Both the position numbers and the translations under genes were made by a program. Source: the human T2T-CHM13v2.0 reference genome, Homo sapiens. From it: 64,000 nucleotides of DNA. Shown piece by piece: positions 1-14,100 of this stretch; positions within the stretch are counted from its first letter, which is position 1, and each line of letters begins with the position of its first letter. Below the pieces are notes generated by a model, which saw only the letters and a list, made by a program, of their open reading frames with translations, did no database searches and was not told the DNA's origin. The DNA is taken from assembly GCF_009914755.1 (NCBI RefSeq), contig NC_060925.1; one strand, given 5' to 3'.

Positions 1-148
1 TGATTCTAAGATGCACATTTTTTAACATTGATAGTGTGTATGGTATACATACAGTTTGACTGGGTATGTTTTTTTTCTTTCATAGTGGCATGTAAAGTAA
101 TGTGGGTCTTACAAAAATCAATGGCAACTTACATTCAAAGGAATATGG
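1..148. mobile_element. MER104/Kanga-like TcMar-Tc2 DNA transposon remnant, truncated by the window start
   Basis: GATTCTAAGATGCACATTTTTT...GTCTTACAA...ATGGCAACTTACATTCAAAGGAATATGG resembles the recalled MER104 consensus. Confidence 0.55.
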
Positions 149-599
149 TGACATATATTAAATAATTAGCATAATGGCTGACACACAGTGAGTACTCAGT
201 ACAATGTTAATTTCATCCTTCCTGTTTTAGACAACTGCTTCACAACCTCTTGAGGAACAGGGAGGTTCTAAATAATTAATAATTGGAAGAAGCCTACAGA
301 TTTCCAATGTGGAAAATTAATGAGAAAGTTTGCACCCATGGGATCCTATGGAAGATTATTTCTTTTATAGACATGCATATATAAAATATACATGTATATA
401 TATTTTTTCTCATCCCATTTCCTATGGTAGGGTAAATATTCTACAACTTTCCAACTCTGCTTGCTCAGTATATTTTAGTTCAACGTGAAATTCATTTATT
501 GAGCACAAGGCTAAATGTGTTTGCCTGCTTTATCTTAGGAAGGAGGATATCCCTGCGATCACCAAGCCTCTACCCTTATCTTCCAAACCAGTCACTTAC

Positions 600-723
600 C
601 ACAGATGTCTTGTCAAGCTGAATATCCTCCAGATCTGACTTCTTTCCTCTACTGGTGCTCAATACAAGATGCTTTACTTTGTCACAAGAAGCATATAATA
701 AACTCAAAGCTGCAAGGATATAT
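600..723 (-). other. Candidate internal non-coding exon of a minus-strand gene
   Basis: Minus-strand acceptor TTTCCCTTACAG| (AG at 725-724), with an alternative CCTTGCAG| at 711-710. Donor GTG|GTAAGT at 599-594. Repeat-free. Confidence 0.4.
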
Positions 724-1349
724 CTGTAAGGGAAATTTTTTCTTGATCTGGCTGGCCTTGAACATAATCACCAGAAAGACTTTTTGTGCTCAGATATTAT
801 GGTTGTAAATGAGGATTTTTTTCCTCACATAAGAATGTATCTAGTCCATTATAAAATGTTATCAAGCAAGTTGTGTCACTGTTATTTTGTGCTAGTGAGT
901 TACCCAGGTTAATTACATATTACTACAAAGTCATCTTCTTTATAGCTGCCTTACATTTTAAAACTATTTAATGGTATATATCATCTTATCTTGCAGCAAT
1001 ATTAGAAATTCATTTGCTAGATCTGTCTCTGTCTCTCTCCCCCTTGCTCAACTTCTAGACAGTAGATTGCTGCTTGGTACCCTGCCTGAGGATGTGCAGT
1101 GGCAAAGCCAAGCTTTGTTTTTGTTGGTATGGTCAGTTAGCTAGTCAGTCAATGGTCACTGAGGGCCCACTGTATACCCATCACTGCTCTAGGTTCTGAG
1201 ACTAACTGGAGAGATACAATCTAGACCTTCAAGGCATTCATCTATGGCAAAGACATGAAACAGATGTCATATTGAGCAGGAGCTGTCTCAAGTGACCAAC
1301 ACTTAAGTGACTAATCTGTGGTCTCCATTCACTCCTTAAATGTAAAGAT

Positions 1350-1670
1350 GGCCAGGTGCAGTGGCTCACACCTGTAATCCCAGCACTTTGGGGGCCAAGG
1401 TGGGAGGATCACTTGAGCCTAAGAGTTCAAGACCAGCCTGAGCAACATAATGAGACCCTGTCTCTACAAAAACATTTAAAAATTAGCTAAGTGTGGTGAT
1501 GCACTCCTGTAGTTTCAGCTACTCAGGCTGAGGTGGGAGAACTGTTTAAGCCTGAGAGGTCAAAGTTGCAGTGACTGTGATTGTGCCACTGCATTCCAGC
1601 CTGGGCGACAGAGGGAGACTCTGTCTCAAAAAATAAAAATAAAAATAAAAATAATAAATAAATAAATAAA
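1350..1670 (+). mobile_element. AluJ
   Basis: Full dimeric Alu with J-type GGAGGATCACTTGAGCC and an (AAAT/AAAAAT)n tail. Confidence 0.93.
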
Positions 1671-1673
1671 TGA

Positions 1674-1997
1674 GGCTGGGCGCGGTGGCTCACGCCTGTA
1701 ATCCCAGCACTTTGGGAGGCCGAGGCAGGCAGATCATGAGGTCAGGAGCTCGAGACCAGCCTAGCCAACATAGTGAAATCCAGTCTCTACTAAAAGATAC
1801 AAAAAAAAAAAAATAGTCAGGAGTGGTGGCGGGCTCCTGTAATCCCAGCTACTCAGGAGGCCGAGGCAGGAGAATTGCTTGAACCCTGGAGGCAGAGATT
1901 GTGGTGAGCCAAGATGGAGCCATTGCACTCCAGCCCAGACAACACTGTGAGACTCTGTCTCAAAATAAATAAGTAAATAAGTAAATAAATAAATAAT
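1674..1997 (+). mobile_element. AluS (Sg/Sc-like) inserted in the tail of the preceding AluJ
   Basis: Full Alu with the GATCATGAGGTC 2-bp-deletion form. TGTAAAGATG flanks the whole pair (1341-1350 and 1998-2007). Confidence 0.92.
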
Positions 1998-2149
1998 TGT
2001 AAAGATGTAAGACCCTCAATCTGCTGAGCCTCACTGCTAGTAGTAGGCTACTCTAGGACACCTTCATGCCCTTCCTGCCACCAGTGGAGCTGTCTGCTCA
2101 CCAAGAATCAGTGTTTGTTCCCAAGCCTATTTGTGCTACTTCTTCCTAT

Positions 2150-2630
2150 TATTGTAATTACATAATTTAATTAAGCTTACTTAAAGTAATGAAATATGAG
2201 TGCAAAAGAGATGTTGTTTCTGTAAGATCTAAGGTGAATGTTTAGAAAAGGCTTTAAAAATGAGTTACTAAAAAATGTGCTATCAACTTAGGCATGAGAG
2301 AGCCAACCACAAAACATCATTAAATCTGGAAAATCTGATTGCCCCACAAATGTCTTTAAGATCTTGCTCCACTTTAAAGAACCCGGGACAAAAAATGATT
2401 GGGAAAGCTTCAGGGGTGTGACTTATGTAAGAAACGAGACTCAGAAGTCTAATAGGAAGCCTTCGACTCCAAAGATGGGGCCTTGGCCCAACATCAAAAA
2501 CCTGAGGCATGTTTTAAATTAAAATAAAAGCTTAAGGTATGTTTCCATCATTTGGTATGATTCCTGCCTTAACTAACTTGTTCAACTAAATCGTTAGTTA
2601 TTAATTGAATTGGGTATAAGGGTCTCTACT
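2150..2630. mobile_element. Possible Tigger-like DNA transposon remnant
   Basis: Degenerate AT-rich sequence ending in ...TATAAGGGTCTCTACTG, a TIR-like end. Confidence 0.3.
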
Positions 2631-2884
2631 GTTGTTAACCAAATAATACGTTAAAAGCTACAATACAGGGTGTGAAGGCAAACAAGATGATCTCTTACAG
2701 GGGAAGAGAGGGCTTAGGACAGCCTCCATGGGGGCAGGTGAGTCCTGAGTTGGGTGCCAAAGTATAGAGTAGGAGTTCCTAGGGAAATAAGGAAAGCCAG
2801 TCACTTCCCAGGGGAGAAATCAGTATAGTCACATAACTCAGTGTTCTAGACTTCGTAAACCAACCCAGAGGCATGATAGCATAA

Positions 2885-3015
2885 GTTTGACTCTTTAGTC
2901 TGCCATTACTGTGTGTTCTTAAACAAGTCTTCTATGTCTCGGGGTCTGCATCTGAAAGATGAGGATAATAGCAGTACCCACCTCAAGGGGCTGCTGTGAA
3001 GATTACATAAGATGA
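2885..3015 (+). mobile_element. MIR
   Basis: Core-like CATCTGAAAGATGAGGATAATAGCAGTACCCACCTCAAGGGGCTGCTGTGAAGATTA. Confidence 0.7.
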
Positions 3016-3299
3016 CCTCTAATTAATCATACATTAATAAAAATGAGTGCAAAATTATTTTAAGGCTTTTCAGGAGCAAGGGAGTAGGAATGCTGATTCT
3101 GAGATGAAGAAAATGTTTTATACTTCTAAAATCTCTTGCCAAGATCATTAAGAAGTAGGAGATTGAAGAGAAAGAAAGGTGGTGTGTAAGCACCAGGGAC
3201 CTGGAGATATGTTGGCCCCTGAGGCAAGCACTCTCAACAACCAATACTCAACCAGCACAGTCCAGCCATCACTTCCAACTAGCTCACTCAGTTCCCCCA

Positions 3300-3475
3300 A
3301 AGATCCTGTAAAATAACTATTTCCACTATCTCCATTTTACCCATGTAGAAACTAGGTCTCATAGAAGTTAAACACTTCATTCAAGGTTGCGCAGACAATA
3401 AACAGGGAGCAAGGACTAGAACCCAGGTCGCCTGATTCCAAATTCTGTGGACTTCTCAATAGCCCAGACTGCCTT
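3300..3475 (-). mobile_element. MIR
   Basis: CCATTTTACCCATGTAGAAACT...AAGTTAAACACTT..TCAAGGT...GAACCCAGGTC. Confidence 0.7.
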
Positions 3476-3699
3476 TCTCATGAGCTGTTCACTTCACAAA
3501 CCCTGAGCTGTCATGTCTGGTATTATATTTTTTCATTTGTTAAAACTACTGGTAGGACAGGATGCTGCAACTAATAGCTAAAATGAGGATTGGAGATTAT
3601 CAAGGATTCCAATTATCCTGCCTATCTCTGACCTCCATTACTAAGGATAAACAGAAGCCAGCTCCAGCAATTTTCTGAAATTTTCATTAATTTTAAATA

Positions 3700-4250
3700 A
3701 ATTTATACAATGTCATCTTTCCCTTTACCCAAAATTAAAATGTCCTTGTTTTTTCAGTTTCTCATTACAGATAAATCCCTGTATGTCTTTGAGACTGTCT
3801 GTTGTTCTTCCCTGGAACCTTTGTATTTCTGCTTTGTTTTCTTTGAAATGAAAGGACCCAATGCTGATTTCTGATTTTAAGGTGAATCGTAACATCAGTG
3901 TATATCATTAAAATGTTTTATTGTAATTACAGAAATAGTCAATGGCAAATTATGCACACTATATTATTTTCTGCATTATTCTTTATCCCATTCTCAAAGT
4001 TAATACAGCCTATTATATCTCATTCATTCTTCTGACTGCTGGTGCACAGTGAGCAGATGTCTCCATTGAGCAATCCACAATGAATCCAAGATCTTTTTCC
4101 TGAGCACTTACAAGTAGAGTAATTCAGAGCCCATCAGTGAGTATGAGCTGTTTCAATTGTTCCTTCCAGTGTACATTAGTTTGCACTTGTCTACATAAAA
4201 TTTCAAAGAATCATAGATATTGAAGATGGAAAAGACCAGTTAGTTTATCA
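3700..4250 (-). mobile_element. CR1/L3 LINE remnant
   Basis: CCAAGATCTTTTTCC...TTCCTTCCAGTGTACATTAGTTTGCACTTGTCTACATAAAATTTCA resembles antisense CR1 3' ORF2. Confidence 0.5.
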
Positions 4251-4489
4251 AACCTGCCAACTCTGCTGGCAAAAGCAAGCAAAGGAAGTAATCCTATCAG
4301 TTCATACTATTTTAATGATGCTTATTAATAATAATTACAATTACTGCTTATATTACATGGTGTCTTTCATCCCAAAATCAGTTAAGATGCTTTTTATTTT
4401 TAAGGCAGCATTTCTTTTCCAAAAGGGAACTAGGGCACAGACATCAATGTTACCATACTCAAAGCAAATCCAATGAAGCCAAGAATTCA

Positions 4490-4800
4490 ATTCAGTTGAG
4501 TTCAATAAACATCTCTGAGCACAACCACTTGTAAGGAGAGGAACTCTGCTGGATGCTCTTGGAGATGCAGAGGTGAACAGGACCTAAATCCTTACCCTCT
4601 GGTTTACTCTCTATTAAGGGATTTGTGATAGTGAACACATATAGCTAATATGATCATTCTAAGCAAAGTAGAATATAGCATGGATGCAAGAGTCCTCTGG
4701 CTCTAGGAATTGAAAAAGACCGTGCAGAATGTGACATTTGAGCCAGTCCTTGAAATAAGAATGAGTCTAATGTCCATCTGCAGAGTTTGGGAAAAGAGAA
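4490..4800 (-). mobile_element. L2 remnant
   Basis: TTCAATAAACATCTCTGAGCAC...GGATGCTCTTGGAGATGCAGAGGTGAACAGGAC, the antisense L2 3' end. Confidence 0.6.
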
Positions 4801-5434
4801 GCTAAGTAAAGAACCAAACCAAAACAGAATAAGAGAGCTTAGCTGAGGTTCTACCTTACAGTGTAAAGACCAGTCAGTATGCACTTTGTCACAGCAAGTG
4901 AACAAAGTCCATAATGCAGAAGATGTCTACTAGGCCCTCTTTAAACAGGATTCGGATGTAGAAACTCAATATAACTGAACAACCTGAAACAACCACCAGA
5001 ATATACTGACTACTAATCATGAATATACTTATGGAGACAAGGCAGAATGTTTTAAATTAGGACTGTCTCCAAAAAAACCACCAAATCCAGAAAGCCTGGT
5101 ATTGTATGTAAAAAAAAAAAAATTGGAAATTCCCAACTGCAGACTAAAATCTCAAAGAGTAGATGAATAAATGACCCATCTGTCAGTACCTTAGTACTCC
5201 TTTGTACTGCACAAGAACTCACACTAGTGTCCCATATGGTCACACCAGGGATTTATAGGCCCTTGTTAGATTGCTGTTCAACTCTAGAACCCAAACCTAG
5301 AAAGCGTAGAACAGGGTATTTCATTGTGTGATTCCTTCAACAGAACTCTGGGTAAGTACAGACTAGGAAAATGCCAATATAGTCTTATGGTTAGTAAGAG
5401 TGGATATTTCTCTGCTTTCACTCAAGGAAACTAA

Positions 5435-5772
<338 letters not shown>

Positions 5773-5889
5773 TCAATCTATTATTCAGTCATTACAATGC
5801 TACTTTATATCACCCTTTATAAAACCACTGGTGTGAAGAAAAACTAAACTATAGAAGACGTCTAGTACTTCCACATTCATCCCTCAAGG

Positions 5890-6170
5890 ACCATTGCAAA
5901 TGTCATCTCCTTCATGAAGTGTTCCCCAATTCCTTCCACCATTATTCCCTTCACCACCAAATTAATTGTTCTCTCCCGTGACTACCACAGTTCTTTTGAT
6001 CCATTGGTATATGCTTTATAATTAGTTCTGTGAATATCTGTCTCTCTCCACCAGGATGAAAGCACCTTAAAGGTAGGGATTCAAGCCTCAGTCATCTTGC
6101 ACCCCACAATGCCAAGCTAATTTTCATTGCCTGACATACAACAGATATTTATCATATTTGTTAAATCACT
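5890..6170 (+). mobile_element. L2 3' end remnant
   Basis: AAATGTCATCTCCTTCATGAAG...TCTGTCTCTCTCCACCAGGATGAAAGCACCTTAAAGGTAGGG. Confidence 0.6.
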
Positions 6171-6231
6171 TCCTCAGGTCTCAGAGACCTTATTTTGACA
6201 TATTTAAATTATTAAAACTTTTAAAAGTCTA

Positions 6232-6609
6232 TACCTTAGTCCATTTTCTGCTGCTGTAACAGGATACCACAGACTGCGTCATTTATAAAGAAAAGAAATT
6301 TATTTGCTAGAGTCTGGAAAGTCCAAGATTAAGGGGCCACATCTTGTGAGGGTCACTCCATAGCAGAAGGCATCACATGGTGAGTGAACATGTGGGCATG
6401 GCAGAGGGAAAATGGGGGCCAAATTCATCCTTTTATCGGGAGCCCACTCCCTTGATAACTAACCCACTCCCAAGATAACAGTGCTAATCCATTCATGAGG
6501 ATGAAGCCCTTATGACCTCTCCGCCTCTTAAAGGTCTTACCTGTTAATACTGTCATAATGGCAATTAAATTTGAACATAAGTTATGGAGGGAACAGCTGA
6601 ACCGTAACA
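6232..6609 (-). mobile_element. MaLR solo LTR, MST family (MSTC/D-like)
   Basis: TTAGTCCATTTTCTGCTGCTGTAACAGGATACCACAGACTG...ATAACTAACCCACTCCC...GGCAATTAAATTTGAACAT. Confidence 0.85.
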
Positions 6610-6804
6610 GTACCCTATCCAAAACTTATCCTTGACTAACCATGGCACTCAGAGTCAGAGACCCTAATAGGTGTGTGCCTGCCACTATCCTTCATTCAAT
6701 CAGCATGTACCTTTGGCTGTGCACTGAAGAAGTACTGCCCTTAACAAGACCTGAGCCTTGACTCAGTCACTTAGCAATTATATGACTTTGGAAATCCTTT
6801 GCGG

Positions 6805-7010
6805 TCAGACTGACCCAGCTTTAGATAGACTTACACTCTAGTTGTCACTTACTAATTGGATGATGTTGGGCAAGTTATACTCTCTAGACCGCAGTGTCCT
6901 CAACTATGAGATGAAGGTATTAATAGCACCTATCGCAGTTTGAATGAGACAATGCCTGGAAGAGTTTAGCTCAGTGTGTGGCACATAGCAAATACTCAAT
7001 TATTATTATT
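6805..7010 (+). mobile_element. MIR
   Basis: CACTTACTAATTGGATGATGTTGGGCAAGTTA...GGCACATAGCAAATACTCAAT. Confidence 0.7.
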
Positions 7011-7149
7011 GTCTCCTCATTTATAAAGTAGAAATAATAATACAAGTCCCTCAGGATTGTTATAAGGAATAAATGATACAAAAAGTGGAATTTTACCCAG
7101 CACATTGTTCTGTCAACATTTCCTTCCTCCTTATGTTCTAGAATAATTG

Positions 7150-7335
7150 CTACAGCTGATTGAGTGCCTTTTACATATCAGGTAATGTGTATCAGTCACT
7201 TTAAATATATGATCCCATCTAATTTAATTCTTAAGACAAGCTATTTAAATAACAATTATTATCCCTATTTTACAGATGATGAACTGAGTTTCCGAGAGAA
7301 TAAATAACCAGCCCAAGGTCACATAACCAGTTCAG
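7150..7335 (-). mobile_element. MIR
   Basis: ATTATTATCCCTATTTTACAGATGATGAACTGAG...GCCCAAGGTCACATA. Confidence 0.75.
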
Positions 7336-8748
7336 GACAGACTGTTCCAGAAGTTACAAATAAGTTGGATCAAGTACAGAACAGGGAAGCATAGGAAGAA
7401 AGCACAGGAAGAAAGCACAGGCTTTGAAGCTCCCTATGGAGTTTAATGCTTCTATTTATCCTCATCCTGGTCCCCAATTCCAGTAGTATGCTTGCTTTTT
7501 AAACTAGCCTGTGGGATCCATGTCAATATATTCTCACTCTCACTATTCACCTATTCTTGCTTTTTCATAAATACATGAAATGACGTCACTCATCTAAGAG
7601 CTAACTCTAATACACTTCCCTCTCCCAATTTTTTTTGTTATAAATTTGCCATTGTTCTCATGGTCTTTTTATCTCAGTTATACTAATTGTCACCCATGAA
7701 AATTTTAATTTTTAGTAATCTAGTTAGCCTTAATTTCCTAGACTTCCATAATGGGCTTATATTAGCTGTGTCAAATATATTCATTGCCAGTTACGTGGAA
7801 GGGAAGATGGCCCTTCCATGGTTCGTACTAAAAGACAGTCCAGTTTTATACCAAGTGACAACCGCTCTACCCCTACCCATCTCCCTTTACCACAACATCC
7901 TAGACTAGAGGTGACCTTCTGGCTCACGGACAGCTCCAACCTTAAGCTGGCTAAGAACCTATAAAGCATGGCAGTGAAAAGATGAGTTGGGTTAACTGGA
8001 TCCTTTCTTGGGAATCTAAATTAGGGAATTCTGAGAGAAGGAAGCAATTATCAGGGAAAATTGCAGCTGAAAGAATGTAAGGAAAGAAACCATGAGGAAA
8101 AGCCATGAAGTGGGAAGAGTAGAGAGAGTAGATTCTGGACATGGGGCTCTTGACAAGTCAAAGAAGCAACAATTAGGGGTGTAATTAAAAACCTATGAGA
8201 TTGAGAGTGGTTACTCAGAAAAAAGCTAGAAGATCAAAGCAGTGAGTAGCAAAAGAGCCTGAGGAAAGCAAACACAGAGGGAGAGAATCAGACTGATATG
8301 AAAGAGAAGGTTGTCCCCAGAGCTGCCTCAGCACCTAAAAGGTTTCCGAGTCTTGATTGCAGGCTCTATCTGTGAGCATCTTCACGATGAATGTCACTTT
8401 TCTAGAGGAAACCTGAGTGAGTCAGTCCTTTGCAACCAGAAGCCCTTTTGTAGAGGGTTTAGCACTTAAAACCTTTTTTAGAAAATGAAAGTTAAATTAC
8501 AGTGACTCCTTCTTTGTTTCAGATGGTCACAACTGCAGATTCCTGGAAGTCAGGCATTCACCTTCTATTCTCTGATTGTCCAGACTTCCTCAAAGATCTC
8601 TGATTTTTCCTGTTTCTGAGCTAGAAGAAACTTCTCTTCTTTAGCTACTACCTAAATATTAATAAATAGCAGGTAAGATAGGCAAACTTAACTAACTCAT
8701 TTATCATCTGTGATTCTTTGACGTAAAAAATAAAGTTGTAGGAAATCA

Positions 8749-9133
<385 letters not shown>

Positions 9134-9294
9134 AGGAGAGAATTTGAGAGTATACGAAATGCTTTATTATGACTGTATATTTTATTCTTTGCAACAGGAG
9201 AGAAAACGGATACCCTATGAGAAATTTCCTTTCTTTAATGCAACATAAGGTTGCAATTTAAGATTCTTCTTGTCAATTCTTTTTGTATTTATAC

Positions 9295-9363
9295 TTTTTT
9301 TTTGAGACAGGGTCTCACTATCTCACCCAGGCTGGTCTCAAGCAATTCTCCCACCTCAGCCTC
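9295..9363 (-). mobile_element. Truncated, internally deleted Alu/FLAM fragment
   Basis: T-tract followed by GAGACAGGGTCTCACT...CCCAGGCTGGTCTCAAGCAATTCTCCCACCTCAGCCTC. Confidence 0.8.
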
Positions 9364-9414
9364 TGGATGTATATTTAATTAAATTTATTAATTAGCTCTA
9401 TTTCAATGTGAACT

Positions 9415-9740
9415 GCTTATTCATTCACCAACATTTATTGATTGCCTGTTCTGTTTCACCCTATGCTAAGGATTAGGGGTACAAAAACTACAAACAATCC
9501 CAATCTTTGAGGGGCCACAGCCCAGAGCAGGAGGCAGATGATTCTAGTGCAGTATGATAAGAGCCACATAAGTGCATACCCAGTCTAGGAGGTGGTAGAG
9601 CAGGAATGACATGGTTTGGGTCCAGGAAACTTCCCAGAAGAAATGCCCAGGATAAATCTTGAAAGGAGCAGCTGGAGCTGGCTTGGAAAAGATAAGGCAA
9701 AAAGACACTCCAGGCAGAGACAGCAACGTGGGCACTGGCA
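9415..9740 (-). mobile_element. L2 remnant
   Basis: TTATTCATTCACCAACATTTATTGA...TATGCTAAGG...CCAGGCAGAGACAGCAACGTGGGCA. Confidence 0.6.
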
Positions 9741-11737
9741 CAGGAGTTAAAGTCCTGAATTCTTTAGACTATGGTTGCCTTAAACACTCCAGTGTGTCAT
9801 GGATGTCTATACAGTAAACCACCAATCCAAGCATCCTTAGAGCAAGTATGACCTTAACCTTCACTCAAAATGACCCTTGTCCACAGACCCCCAGCAAAAT
9901 TTCTCTCCTCAAACATATACTAACTACACAAGCCCTAAGGATAACAGAAAGTCCAACATATCTAGTATTATCCCAGATAAAAAGCTACTCCAAGGTTCAT
10001 AAGTTTCTCTTCTGAGCAAATGACAGCTTGGTTTCCTTCAAATGCCATTAGTGGTAGTTTTGAATTTGCGTATTTTTCAGGAAAAAGAGTGATTGTGATT
10101 TTCATGGAATTACTAAAGCTCTCCAAAGTTTTAAACTGAAGGCATTTTGAATCTTTAAGAATACTTTTGATAACTACTTAGATCATTAAAAATTAGATTG
10201 GCAACAATAATATGTAGAATATGCTTTTCTTTTCCTTTATAATGTTTAGCATTCATCGGTAACCAAACGCTTCACAAATTTCTACAGAGTACATTCTTAG
10301 GTTCTAAAAGTCTTACTGGCATGTCCACTTCACTAAACTATTTCTTTTTTCCCGTCTTTAAAGTTAACAATAAATTTCTCTTATGCATCTACTTATTATT
10401 ATTGTTATGACATTAAGCAAGATATTCAATGTCAGGAATTTTAAGCAACCCAGAATAAAGGAACATTGTAAGTCAAAAAATTATTACATACAGTGTGAAA
10501 AATCCTCTTTCCCAGCTAGAAAGTAATTATATCTTACATACTATTTTTTTCCAGATGAGAAAACGTAAAACTAATTAAAATAGAGTCAGTGGTTTACTGT
10601 CAAAGCAACCTTGAACTGGTTTCCCTTGCTCCAAGCAAGATGATATTCCTAAAACATGGCAGAAAATTTACTCTGGAGTTCTAAAAATTGCATTAAGAGC
10701 CATTGTGTAAAATTTTTAAATTATATCTTTTCAAAGGTTTAACCAATTTCAAATGAATAGTGCTTGGAATTACTCATAGAGATGACATGATTAATGAAAA
10801 CATCATTCATTCTCTACCCTCTGTCTCACCCTCAATCACATTTCAGAAGCAGCTTATTACTCATATCTTAAAGGCATATATAATATATATGCACACACAT
10901 ATTTTATACACACATACACATACGTAACATATCAGCAAGTCTTCAATAATCTCTTTCAGGAGTTGCATGTCATAAAGATTGTCCTGTCATCCCCAAAAGC
11001 ATAGTGTTAAACGCATAGCATGTATCATCAGCACTATAGTTGCTTACACTGTTTCTTTGCATCCTCAAAACAACATGTGAGCACAATATAAAAAAAAAAC
11101 ACGATTTTTATGGAAAAGCCTGTGAGAACAGCAAAGCTAAGAGATGTACCCAGTGCCCGTCCATTTTAAATTCATACTTATACAGAAAAACATGCATTCA
11201 AAACAGCCTATTCTTTCAGAAATGGTTCTTTGGTCTCTTGCACATGTGTCTGCATGCTGACTGGCAATTTCTCCTAAAGGATATAAATTAAAATCTCACT
11301 TTTTCCCATTGAGCTTTTCACTTCAAAATGTCAACATAGTCGCTATGATAGATATAGACGTATAGGAATGAATCCTATATATCCACAAAACCCACTACCC
11401 TTTCCCCTTTGATAACTATAGTTCTTGAATTGGGCTTCATATAAGGTGACCAAAGACCAGATTCATGAAGTATCCTATTCACAGAATCAGAAAAATACTG
11501 AATAGCAGAGCTGGAAGGAAGCTTAAAGATGATTTAGTCCAATTCCCTCATTCTGAGAGGTCTAGAGAAGTAGAATGGGGATTTCTAGGCCACAGACTGG
11601 CAAAACCAAAGCTAGAAGCTGGTCCATTGCACTTTGTAGAAAACATGTCATTATTAAACTAGAACTAGGATCCCTTTTTTCGATGAACACTCTAAATTCT
11701 AGTGTTTTAAAAAAAGGGGGGGGATGGCAAAACTTAG

Positions 11738-12047
<310 letters not shown>

Positions 12048-13859
12048 CAAGGCAATTATTTTAATGCCAAGTCAACACGTTACCTTTAATCTGAATGTTG
12101 TGGTGATTGCCTCTGTTCTCTGCTTCTCATCTCTTGCAGAGATGGCCTAACAAGGAGATTTAATTAGCTAGCAGTTTCACCCCTCATTTTCTTGTGAGTC
12201 CTTGGGTGAGTCACATAACCTTACTCAAATATAACAGAAGGATAACAATACTGTTTAATTCACAGAGCTGTTATAATAGAGGACTAAGCAGATATTTTAA
12301 AGTGCATTAAAATGTCAAGGTTTAAAAGGAATGGAGAAAATTTCCATTGTACATCTTATATTTATGTCTCTTGGGAGTAGAAAAACTACAAAATCCCCTT
12401 CAGTAAAGCTATATGCAAAAGCCGTATTTGTAACTAGTGAGTTTTGGGAATGTCCTGCATGTTGTGTTGGTTTTACTTTCAGCAGGACTAGAGACTCTAG
12501 AATTTTTATTTATGCAGAGTACCTACACATTGCACCTTTAAAATGTCATAACAGTCTTCAGTTTTCTTCCCCCAGAGTTAAAGATGACCTGTTATCACTG
12601 CTGTCTGGCTCTCCAGTTCTGTTAAATCTTTCCTCTGACCAGATCCTCGTTTTACTCACTCCTCAACTCCCCACTTGGATTACTCCTCTTCTTAGATTAC
12701 TCTTCCAATGCCAACTCAGACTGCCTCCCCAGGAGGCAGCTCCCCGGTGAGTAACACACTTGGGGTGGGGGAGAGTATGTCGGAAGTGATCAAAGACTTG
12801 CAAATGAAGTGCATACCGCTCAGAGGAGGAGGCGTTGGCCACAGGTGCCAAATGCAGACCACAGCAAGCTGGCAAGCTCCGGTTTAGGTTGTTGCTACAA
12901 TGTGGGCTGGGCACATCCCTGTGTAACAATGCTGGGTATGTAGAAATGACTCTTATTTTTCTCATGACACGACTTAACCACACATTATGTGTGGGTTCCC
13001 AAAGTATAGGCATCGAACCTATGATTTATGTGTGGGTGGGCATGTCTGTCTTCTAAAAAAACTATTAAATTAATCTTAAAAAAAAAGATGGATTGACAAC
13101 ACTGAAGACAACACTCCACTGAGTACTAGAGAAAGACACGATGTAGAAAATGGTGATGCCAACATTAACACAAATCTGCCTCCGTGGAAATGACTGGCAT
13201 TTCAACCAGACACTATATTCTTTCCAAGAAAGGCCACAAATAGGAGGAAGAGAGAGAGAGAGAGAAAAAACATTCTATCTTTGATATCACTAAACCAGTC
13301 AGATTTTAATAGCACAACCAGAGATCTGCTAAAAAGGTATTTAATTTTTTTTTCCCTTTATGAGTCCTCACTGGGAGGGGTAGGATATGTGTCCTTGCTG
13401 GGAGGGGTAGGAAAGGTCATTTTATTATATTGTCTTTGGAATTCCAAGATGACAGTGATAATGGTGGAGTCTCTTGCAGCTGAGTGTTTAGTACCAGCCC
13501 TGGAAGAACGATGGAATCAGTAAAACGAGATCAGAGTCTCACTAACCACGGTCAACATGAATTATCCAGGTAACAATGTTAGGCTGCTCACTACAAGAGT
13601 GAAGTTACTTCATGGCACAAGTGTAGGGGATTAGCAGATATTATTTGTTGGTCTGTGTGCTAAGAAAAAGAGAGAGAGTGAAGGATGGTGAGAGAGGGAA
13701 GGAGAATTTTCTGCTCTTTGGAATTGCTGGGCTCCCTGTGAATAGGAATGGCACCAGTGGAATGGAGGTCGGCTGGGGCAAGGGGAACTCAGCCACACAG
13801 AGAAAGAGAACAGTTAGCTTATGTCTAGTTACACACTTTGAGTCAATAACTTATGCAAC

Positions 13860-14100
13860 TCTATGCACTCCGTCATAATACTTGCATGCTATTCAACAAG
13901 TATCATCAATATTATGATTACTGGTTTGTGTGACCATGTGGTTAATGTTGATCATACCAACAAGACTGTAAGTTCCCTGAGGGCAGGGGTATATCTGCCT
14001 TTCTCTTCCTATATCCTCAGTGCCCAGTATTTGCCTGCTGCAGAGTAAAGAGCCCCAAAATATAAGTTGAATGAACAAATGAATACATGAATGAATTTAT
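13860..14100 (+). mobile_element. L2 3' end
   Basis: AGACTGTAAGTTCCCTGAGGGCAGGGG...GTTGAATGAACAAATGAAT. Confidence 0.7.

Noticed and set aside
7917-7937. RE1/REST-like site TTCTGGCTCACGGACAGCTCC
   Set aside because: Only the right half matches. The left half (TCAGCACC) has four mismatches.
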